The notes below the pieces were generated by a model. That model had not been told where the DNA came from. It saw only the letters and a list, made by a program, of their open reading frames with translations, and did no database searches. Position numbers and translations under genes: made by a program. A DNA stretch of 32,000 nucleotides from Aciduliprofundum boonei T469 (lineage in GTDB: Archaea; Thermoplasmatota; Thermoplasmata; Thermoplasmatales; Aciduliprofundaceae). Positions 8,901 to 13,820 of the stretch are shown here, piece by piece (positions within the stretch are counted from its first letter, which is position 1; each line of letters opens with the position of its first letter). The stretch lies in the NCBI RefSeq assembly GCF_000025665.1, contig NC_013926.1, positions 900,001 through 932,000 of the forward strand, in the 5' to 3' direction.

Positions 8901-9435
8901 TATAACCTATGGTGTTAGAATAGGATGGGGTGCTAGTGGCACAGGAGGTATATCTGGAACGAGCTCTGACGGTAAATATGGCTGGGTTAATTCAGGAACC
9001 CTTGCTAGAATCAACTGTGATATAAGTGGTTGGGCAGGAAAGAGCGTGATGATCAGGTTCAGGGTAGTGACTAATGCAACGGATTATCCCACATATGCTA
9101 ATTCTAATGATCCATATGGAGTTTTCATTGATGATGTTGTGGTTTACGGCGAGGGCTATGCCTCAACGATTACTGTTAGTAACAACTATCTCTGGACTAG
9201 TAGTGCCACCTCTGCGATCACCCATACAAATTATCAAAAAGAGAATAATACTACCATTAACAATCATAAACAGCATAACTTAACAATTCCGTTGCATTTT
9301 CAAAAGAAGATGGATAATATTGATAGATCGTTTAAGACGACTCTTGAGCTACAATCACATGGGACTATATTGGCAATATTCAGAACCAGAGTGAATCTAA
9401 GGTTATTTCCACAGCACTCCCCTCTCAGGATCTAA
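2935..9435 (+). CDS. giant (2,166 aa) secreted/surface multi-domain protein: type IV pilin-like N-terminus, three CARDB-like domains, two alpha/beta modules, vWA (MIDAS), and C-terminal beta-sandwich domains
   Basis: One uninterrupted ORF. N-terminus is MKVKGRVYKKEKG|VSEVLGSILILLITVMLFSTVFYYV (class III signal-like). CARDB-like segments start at APDLYIDSKFITL.., NDLAVEDMIITPRD.. and ELATYTSDINITYG... The vWA MIDAS motif is DIIFVIDTSGSMN. The C-terminal repeats match the pattern ..LTFWTKYW..GGIIYLWGS..WYLDDVKISI and ..LYFWIRFN..VRVEISDDNGMTWSSI..MIRFRVV..GVFIDDVVVYG. Many N-x-S/T sequons are present. Confidence 0.85.
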   Translation: MKVKGRVYKKEKGVSEVLGSILILLITVMLFSTVFYYVSTMPTPKERIYAQFDANMKIEQNANGYYYLNITVKNVGGESLVDWRTMFIIVIDFTAKQHMLSWSNFSKQPFDKDGKFSQGESFYYDSSWDGFTYPSLEDIKALNIGVTLLDKNTGNIIWSTRLQGRTNMPPILVGLTTSPSPPILGKPATFKAIIFDPDNNDVSGYNVTLDFSNSILKYSIYGSPIKHMNYSGSNSFTTIVRFKTNESLDILRPYTVRVEINYGISSTQNLVVSYPAHIFVSRGTQSKAPDLYIDSKFITLSTLDPTHGDNVQVSVTIENLGGTGATFKLRVFDKYEGYKSATNPDGIIPIKTNLGSSEYLPSKTMNYTIAAAGQTTISFIWENVGANDSGEDVVSKVSGSHQLVFEIINVSPVENPNKYSDTATVSLTVLPSILLVDDDGYAEGSPWDTSRYYKYYLDTAGYKYDVDKSTINIGQLRNDIYSHDLVIWETGYKEDPITSQQALILQNFVYNKGGALWLISQEISSTNLKTILSDQNIVIYSKEMDAIEGVENTAINLTTSQGNVISDEIINRDNAPNGNDTIYFNSVGSLKEFIVGHIPGNPTSSYSPVAVYKDYSTIKSMGGKVVYMGFEMSRIHHYYAQDFIAYRVLKWLAGITGRAGNDLAVEDMIITPRDPLYKQPVHISVIVSNNGGTPLTSKVLLEVDGIVSLNINTTNPNSTGTIPPEGGFVTVNFTWIPTQPGKHTLTAIVNPYHTIKETNYQNNIINQEIVDTSVFVHFSTLVVYNSTKQYSVNERNIVISTLQHLGYRYKTLDTHSSNLPNGYETGDYFAQYNLVIWADTPIGKRDINAITDSLGNNPNTGQIFLGNDMAGYINSNSDLKRYLGISQMSSENVESESVLYGVNNVNSVSNGITLVIKENTQLYNISAADAQSLFRTYESVTSGYFDLENLSAVYENSIPSTGYGIVSEITGSGSKFAIVPFNLENIIGIFGLKNESIAKPYAPADQGEALLLYKLFNWFGYKPNMPELATYTSDINITYGGNIPNLPPIIGRSYMLRTKVYNYGAEGTNAVVRFYDDFDWIGSKTVYVPGNSYAQVEIKWTPMFAGAARHIRVIVDPLNEVKETVFNGTSNNGKEIFNFNNEAIKTVRVYYFWDNMENGAGNWIHEATVLDINGESPLDFINRRDVSTNVVGDWDWTLSGDTDSDGVYTQDGNTFYTNDTKVLNFTGGAYHSASSAFWMPEAPRLNKRKPIDIIFVIDTSGSMNSVVPGATVGDVNGDGRSNTRIDVAIQAAIDAVKELGPQDRVAVFTFDGNSHPEEYMGFTYVTADNLPTIISDLKDIQADGGTPLYDTLSWAVYYMDTQSADNPDREDATRGILVLTDGLSNSDNYGPNNVRNGARFDYAPGTGSYEVEDGVIKNYQKYVSSGLLKVPYNLLAISVAPDAWDGRLFPIGNSSQGRISMGLFEDDPVAIEQVFTTFIQLLIQQTTGGLRAVAPMSSYGDNLGNNLYASTTIQGLGAVVFSDGFRAYANEGGTGTPDDANTPGFLGRWKQSGFTIVSTNDGNYYYKSQSNYYYWTDEYWVAQTDGKGNGNQPPYLEHTIYPGDVLKYHYPGSYTIKGAEIRFWVGKNYEDSNYPDATINVYANGQLLTTLTHVLSDTDEAYYSVTIPVSIYDLSTYTINITVVNTDDYIAIDDVMVVYYIDYTPPSSSSGGSGGTIPADYSSVVDVKANYTYFITQPVEVSGAKKAFLTFWTKYWMTQGTNGGIIYLWGSNDENSWTWDSASRVYLMPTQSYTGNLKISGVNNYATTGGPKIDGSQNGLVDKYGNKPYWCFNGRSGDGTFGWDYISVDLSPYISEFKYIRIVFMLVQFGGVGPNNGWDPAMGWYLDDVKISITSDNSKDLWQLYNFGGTGAEKAHSGDYAWAYGISSNNWALPEGVDSSLITKQIDLSTARTAYLYFWIRFNLNPAAGLPPATVRVEISDDNGMTWSSITYGVRIGWGASGTGGISGTSSDGKYGWVNSGTLARINCDISGWAGKSVMIRFRVVTNATDYPTYANSNDPYGVFIDDVVVYGEGYASTITVSNNYLWTSSATSAITHTNYQKENNTTINNHKQHNLTIPLHFQKKMDNIDRSFKTTLELQSHGTILAIFRTRVNLRLFPQHSPLRI

Positions 9436-11046
9436 AGTTACAACCTCATTTTCAATTTCTATTTTTCCAGTGCCAGCTAGGATTGAAATTCCTTTCTTTG
9501 AGAGATTTATGAGTTTTGACGGCTCGTAGATTTTTGATTCTATAACAATGCCTCTAACATTCTCTGTATTGATCTCGTTCCAGTGAGACATAAGCAAAAT
9601 ATCGCAATTCTCCGCATCTCTGCATATTTTTCCCCTTATTTTCTTCTTACCATAACCCTTTCCTCTTGCAATTACATCTCCAACTAGTTGAACCCACACA
9701 AAGTTTGTCGTGCCAGGAATTCCAGAAGGCTCTCCACCTGCGATCACTATAACATCTCCCCTTTTAAGCAAACCATCTTTTTCGGCTTTTTCAATCGCAT
9801 TCTTTAAAGCATTTTCCGCATATCCAAATTTATCGATGAGGAAAGCATTTACCCCCCAATAAATTGAGCAGCTGCGTAATGTCTTTTTAGAGTATGTGGC
9901 TGCTAGGATTTGCATTGGTGGTTTGTGTCTAGAAACCAACCTTGCGGTTTTTCCTGTGCGGGTAAGTACCAGTATTGCATCAGCATCGATCTCATTGGCA
10001 AGAAGTACTGCAGCATTACTTACACACTCAGAAAGAGAGCCTTTGAGTTCCAGTAAATTCTTATTTTCTATCATAATATCTGCTCTCTCTGCTACCCTTG
10101 CTAACACTTTCACTGCCTCTATAGGATATTTTCCTATGGCAGTTTCTCCAGAGAGCATAAGGGCATCAGCACCATCTAATACCGCATTGGCTATGTCCGA
10201 GACTTCAGCTCTCGTGGGTAGTGGGTTTCTTATCATACTCTCCAAAATCTGAGTTGCTATTATTCCTACTTTACCATATTCTATTGCTTTCTTGAGCAAG
10301 TATTTTTGGATTTGTGGCAAATTTTCAACGGGTATCTCTGTGCCTAAATCTCCCCTAGCCACCATAATTCCATCGCTAATTTCCAATATTTCCTCTATAT
10401 TATTTACCCCTTCTTGATTTTCTATTTTTGCAATTATTTGCCCTTTCAACCCTATTTCATCCATAACTTTTCTAAGGGCAACAATATCTGAAGCACTGCG
10501 GATAAAAGAAGCAGCAATGAAATCTATAGGTGCAAGTGCTTTTATGAATTCCAAATCCCTCTCTTGAATATATGGAATTGGAATGGAAACACCGGGAACA
10601 TTTACCCCCATATGTGGGGCTATTATTCCACCCTCAACGACTTCTGCTATGGCAAGTTTATCCTTTATCTCTTTTATTTGCAGTTTAATCTCACCATCAT
10701 GGATAAGCACATATGTGTTGGGAGATAAGTAATTGTATACGATTTTTTGATTTAGTTCTATATCTCCAAAATCCCCTATATCAATCCTATCCCCTTTTTT
10801 AACAAATTTTTTCTTGCATCTTGTAATTCTAATTTCTGGACCTTTTATATCCAGCATTATGGCCGTATTTTTTCCCAATTCTTCCGATATTTTTTCAAAT
10901 TTATCTTTCATATTTTTATGTTCTTCCACACTACCATGGGCTATATTTAGCCTTGCTATATCGACACCTGCTTTAATTAGAGATATAAGAGTAGAATCAT
11001 CTTTGACAGCAGGACCTAGAGTTGCAATAATTTTAGTTTTTCTCAT
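9403..11046 (-). CDS. pyk: pyruvate kinase with a C-terminal PEP-utilizer-mobile-domain-like extension
   Basis: 547-aa ORF. N-terminus is MRKTKIIATLGPA. Other pyruvate kinase motifs are ARLNIAHGS, MVARGDLGTEIP and ATQILESM. The last ~85 aa resemble the Bacillus-type extra C-terminal domain. Confidence 0.9.
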   Translation of the reverse strand: MRKTKIIATLGPAVKDDSTLISLIKAGVDIARLNIAHGSVEEHKNMKDKFEKISEELGKNTAIMLDIKGPEIRITRCKKKFVKKGDRIDIGDFGDIELNQKIVYNYLSPNTYVLIHDGEIKLQIKEIKDKLAIAEVVEGGIIAPHMGVNVPGVSIPIPYIQERDLEFIKALAPIDFIAASFIRSASDIVALRKVMDEIGLKGQIIAKIENQEGVNNIEEILEISDGIMVARGDLGTEIPVENLPQIQKYLLKKAIEYGKVGIIATQILESMIRNPLPTRAEVSDIANAVLDGADALMLSGETAIGKYPIEAVKVLARVAERADIMIENKNLLELKGSLSECVSNAAVLLANEIDADAILVLTRTGKTARLVSRHKPPMQILAATYSKKTLRSCSIYWGVNAFLIDKFGYAENALKNAIEKAEKDGLLKRGDVIVIAGGEPSGIPGTTNFVWVQLVGDVIARGKGYGKKKIRGKICRDAENCDILLMSHWNEINTENVRGIVIESKIYEPSKLINLSKKGISILAGTGKIEIENEVVTLDPERGVLWK

Positions 11047-11057
11047 TCATTTCACCT

Positions 11058-11309
11058 TTATTTTGGAAGCATTAATTTTATCTCGGCTAAATTATCTCCC
11101 TCAGCCCTTTCTATTAAAATATCCTTCGCTCCCGTTATTTCTGCTATTCTTTTCAGAGTGGAGTAAGAGGCCTTTACCATTCTTCTCACTTTCAAATGTA
11201 CAATCCACTCACCAAAAAAATTCTCATATATTTTTATCACTTCAAAAAGATTATCATCCATTCTTCCAAGCTCCTTGTTTAATTTTATTACTGCATCTTC
11301 TGGATTCAT
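11058..11309 (-). CDS. small hypothetical protein (83 aa) immediately upstream of pyk
   Basis: ATG-initiated ORF ending 11 nt before the pyk start. A TATA-like AAATTATACATA is centred about 24 nt upstream of its ATG. No recognisable motif. Confidence 0.5.
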   Translation of the reverse strand: MNPEDAVIKLNKELGRMDDNLFEVIKIYENFFGEWIVHLKVRRMVKASYSTLKRIAEITGAKDILIERAEGDNLAEIKLMLPK

Positions 11310-11343
11310 AGTCCTACAATCCCTCCAAGGTATGTATAATTTT

Positions 11344-11353
11344 CCTTTGACAG
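11344..11353. repeat. left copy of the 10-bp target-site duplication CCTTTGACAG
   Basis: An identical 10-mer recurs at 12290-12299, exactly flanking the IS terminal inverted repeats. Confidence 0.6.
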
Positions 11354-11402
11354 GGTGAGTTGCAACCCCACATAAAAATAAAATAGGGGATATAAATAAA
11401 GG

Positions 11403-12233
11403 ATGAGCAGGAAATTAGACCTGTACAAGGTTGTGAAAATGGGGATGAAAGCTCTAAAGAGAGCAAATATTCCTCTTTACTGGAGCAAGTACTCTAGGAA
11501 AGATTACACTCTGCACCAGCACATGATGCTGATAGTGCTGACACAGTATGTGGGAAGTATAGAAAGAATGCTCCAGATTGTGCGAGAAATGAGAAAGATA
11601 AAGAGGGTAATGAGATTGAAGAAAATCCCCCATAAAAGCACAATTTCAAGAGAGTTGAGAAGAATACCAGAACGATGGATTCGCATTGTGCTTAGAGAAA
11701 TAGTGAAAATAATGGGAATACCCAATAAATTTGCAGTGGATTCCACAGGTATTCAAATTTATTACCGTTCATACTACTACACACAGCGAATCGGAGAAGC
11801 AGGAAAAATAAGAGAAGGATTGAAATTGCATGCTGCTGTGGATATTGAGAGGAAGCTCATTACCAATGCAATAGTTACTAAATGGCATGCCAATGATTCA
11901 CCGTACCTCATACCTCTTTTGGAGAAAGAGAGTGTAAAAGAAGTGTATGCAGATAAAGGCTATGATTCTCTACGTAACATACGATTTGTTCTGAATAAAG
12001 GAGGAACTCCATACATAGCAATCCGTAATAAAGCAAGAAGAGGATTGCGAAGGAGATTGTTAGAAAAGAGCAAATCACCTGACTGGAAAAAGAAGTACTC
12101 GCATAGAAATGTAATTGAATCAGTCTTCCACTCTTTCAAAAGAGTTGTTGGAGATTACATATTTTCCCATTCTTTCTCTGGTGCTTCTAAACTCCTGCTC
12201 TTCAAAGTTCTTGCCTATGATCTCTATGTCTAA
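11403..12233 (+). CDS. DDE transposase (IS4/IS5 superfamily)
   Basis: 276-aa ORF with a candidate DDE triad at AVDSTG, VYADKGYDS and RNVIESVFHSFKR. The last pattern is typical of the DDE_Tnp_1 C-terminus. Confidence 0.8.
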   Translation: MSRKLDLYKVVKMGMKALKRANIPLYWSKYSRKDYTLHQHMMLIVLTQYVGSIERMLQIVREMRKIKRVMRLKKIPHKSTISRELRRIPERWIRIVLREIVKIMGIPNKFAVDSTGIQIYYRSYYYTQRIGEAGKIREGLKLHAAVDIERKLITNAIVTKWHANDSPYLIPLLEKESVKEVYADKGYDSLRNIRFVLNKGGTPYIAIRNKARRGLRRRLLEKSKSPDWKKKYSHRNVIESVFHSFKRVVGDYIFSHSFSGASKLLLFKVLAYDLYV

Positions 12234-12240
12234 TCCTTCC

Positions 12241-12270
12241 TTATTTTTATTCTTCTTTTTTCATGTTTTT
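12241..12270 (+). terminator. T-rich tract after the transposase stop (possible terminator, inside the IS)
   Basis: TTATTTTTATTCTTCTTTTTTCATGTTTTT lies directly downstream of the stop codon at 12231-12233. Confidence 0.3.
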
Positions 12271-12289
12271 CGAGGAATTCAACTTATCC

Positions 12290-12299
12290 CCTTTGACAG
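12290..12299. repeat. right copy of the 10-bp target-site duplication CCTTTGACAG
   Basis: Matches 11344-11353 exactly and abuts the right IS end. Confidence 0.6.
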
Positions 12300-12303
12300 A
12301 AAA

Positions 12304-12313
12304 TTTTATATAG
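12304..12313 (+). promoter_or_regulatory. TATA box for the KaiC-like ATPase gene
   Basis: TTTTATATAG is centred about 27 nt upstream of the ATG at 12335, just outside the IS right end. Confidence 0.45.
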
Positions 12314-12334
12314 AAGTATATTTTTAATTCAAAT

Positions 12335-13192
12335 ATGGCGATGGAGGAGTATGTGTATGAATTGCGAGATTTGAAGAACAAAGCGCCAAAGATATTTGGC
12401 ATACCTACTGGTACAAAGCTAGATGAAATGTTTTACACGGTCAATTATGATGAAAAACAGGATAGATTCATTAAAAAACCATTGGGGGGCATACCTCACC
12501 TTGCAGTTATGAACATCACAGGTATACCAGATACGGGTAAGTCCTTGCTTGTGGAGCAATTTGCGGTTTATCAGGCTGCTCGTAATTATCCTGTTTTGTT
12601 TGTAACTGTTGAATCTCCAGCAAACTTTCTTTACACTGCTTTGAAACAAAAGGCGCAGGTTCTTGGTTTAGATTTTGAAAAAGTGGAGGAAAATATGATA
12701 GTAATAGATGCTTCCCAAAACGCAGAATTGAGGGAGGATATGAGTTCGTTGTTAGATACAATGGCATATGCTATAAAGAAGAAGAATACGAAGAATGTGG
12801 TTATAGATTCCGTAACTGGGCTGTATGAGCATAGGGAGGTTTTAGCCAGACAGATTGTAAGGCAATTATTCAATTTCCTCAAGAAATGGAATCAGACAGC
12901 GTTGCTGGTATCACAAAAGAGATCCTCGCAAAGTAGTGAAACTGCCGAGGCTGCCGGAGGTTTGGCTGTGGCACATATTGTTGATGGGACTATTGTTATG
13001 GACAAGGAGATAATAAACAGTAAGTGGAGTGCGTCCCTGTACCGCAGGAATATAGGAGAGGTAGTTCGCACAATACGCATTGATGGATGCCGCCTCGTCC
13101 CACATTCTTCCGATACTTATATTTTTGAGATAACCGATACTGGCCTAATAGACATAAAAGGGCCTTTAAGCAAGATAACAGGGGGTGATTGA
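12335..13192 (+). CDS. KaiC/RadA-like RecA-superfamily ATPase (single domain)
   Basis: 285-aa ORF. Walker A is GIPDTGKS, within NITGIPDTGKSLLVEQF. Walker B is NVVIDSVTGLY. The N-terminus IPTGTKLDEMF...GGIP matches the KaiC-like pattern. Confidence 0.8.
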   Translation: MAMEEYVYELRDLKNKAPKIFGIPTGTKLDEMFYTVNYDEKQDRFIKKPLGGIPHLAVMNITGIPDTGKSLLVEQFAVYQAARNYPVLFVTVESPANFLYTALKQKAQVLGLDFEKVEENMIVIDASQNAELREDMSSLLDTMAYAIKKKNTKNVVIDSVTGLYEHREVLARQIVRQLFNFLKKWNQTALLVSQKRSSQSSETAEAAGGLAVAHIVDGTIVMDKEIINSKWSASLYRRNIGEVVRTIRIDGCRLVPHSSDTYIFEITDTGLIDIKGPLSKITGGD

Positions 13193-13193
13193 G

Positions 13194-13796
13194 ATGGAGG
13201 TCATAGGAAAGCCCGTGAATGAGAGAAATATAGATGCAGTTGCGGAAAGGATATTTCATGAGAGCATCAGAATACTTGGAGGTCTAAAGAATCTGGTTGA
13301 ATACAGGAACCTGACATGGCTCCCAAGCTTGGCAGAGGCTGCGTATGTAATTGCTTTGAAAAATGAGTCTATAAAGACTAACAGGGAGATAGCGGAGTAT
13401 CTGGGCATAACTGAGCAAACGGTTAAGAATATCCTAAGTGCAGATGAGAACAGGGTAATGGAGTATTTGAAGGGAGAGTCCAGAGAGAAGGAGCATGTTG
13501 CTGGAGGAATTGCAAAGCTTGCGTACAGGGCTATAAAGGAGCACAGGGATAATTTAGATGAGAGGATGGAGATAATGGAGGAAAGTGCGAGGTCCTTAGG
13601 TGTTGATTGGGCTGTTCATGTGCTTTCAAATATAAAGGGATTGAATTTTCCTGTTGAAAAAGAGGATTTACTGGAGAGATTAAAAGGATATCAGATACGG
13701 GGTAAACCTATTGAAGATATACTGGATTCTCTTGAGTATCCAATAAAGAGTCCTGCAGAGTTGTTGCATGCGATAAGAGAGGCCATTAAAGATTAA
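13194..13796 (+). CDS. HTH-containing protein with a C-terminal DUF2795-like domain
   Basis: The ATG at 13194 is preceded by GGTGAT (13184-13189). The ORF track uses the alternative GTG at 13185, which overlaps the upstream stop. The HTH-like segment is TNREIAEYLGITEQTVKNIL. The C-terminus IKGLNFPVEKEDLLERLKG...ILDSLEYPIKSPAELLHAIREAI fits the DUF2795 pattern. Confidence 0.65.
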   Translation: MEVIGKPVNERNIDAVAERIFHESIRILGGLKNLVEYRNLTWLPSLAEAAYVIALKNESIKTNREIAEYLGITEQTVKNILSADENRVMEYLKGESREKEHVAGGIAKLAYRAIKEHRDNLDERMEIMEESARSLGVDWAVHVLSNIKGLNFPVEKEDLLERLKGYQIRGKPIEDILDSLEYPIKSPAELLHAIREAIKD

Positions 13797-13820
13797 ATAA
13801 ATCCTCCTCCATATCTTTTT

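Larger units (their letters stand above)
11354..12289 (+). mobile_element. insertion sequence (single DDE transposase, IS4/IS5-like), 936 bp
   Basis: Imperfect terminal inverted repeats: GGTGAGTTGCAACCCC (left) against the reverse complement GGATAAGTTGAATTCC (right). Flanked by a perfect 10-bp direct repeat. Encodes one transposase. Confidence 0.7.

Noticed and set aside
3330-9283. Numerous 60-125-aa ORFs antisense to or out of frame with the giant gene (e.g. 3330-3572, 4126-4359, 4603-4980, 5059-5301, 5962-6264, 7457-7753, 7462-7728, 8466-8651, 9074-9283)
   Set aside because: They are shadow ORFs within a single long, domain-rich coding frame. Their translations are low-complexity or Ile/Tyr/Cys-rich with no recognisable motifs or promoter signals.
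2935-9435. Giant protein as a secreted protease (M6/InhA-like), because its C-terminal domains resemble those of immune inhibitor A
   Set aside because: No HEXXH or other catalytic protease motif was found in the 2,166 aa. The only 'HE' context (WIHEATV) lacks the second His.
9403-9435. Convergent 3'-end overlaps as regulatory antisense: giant gene/pyk 33 nt, nox/small ORF 4 nt (24159-24162), gamma-CA/receiver-like 11 nt (24977-24987), SecB-like/TFS 4 nt (17360-17363)
   Set aside because: These fit general genome compaction. The overlapped tails are poorly conserved-looking C-termini, and nothing in the sequence suggests a specific mechanism.
9896-11311. Plus-strand ORFs 9896-10252 (118 aa) and 10814-11311 (165 aa)
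   Set aside because: They are antisense shadows of pyruvate kinase and the 83-aa gene. Their Ser/Leu/Phe-rich translations are typical of reverse-complement reading of an AT-rich gene.
12419-13259. Cluster of minus-strand ORFs inside the KaiC-like gene
   Set aside because: They overlap a well-supported plus-strand gene with Walker A/B motifs. They have no motifs of their own.
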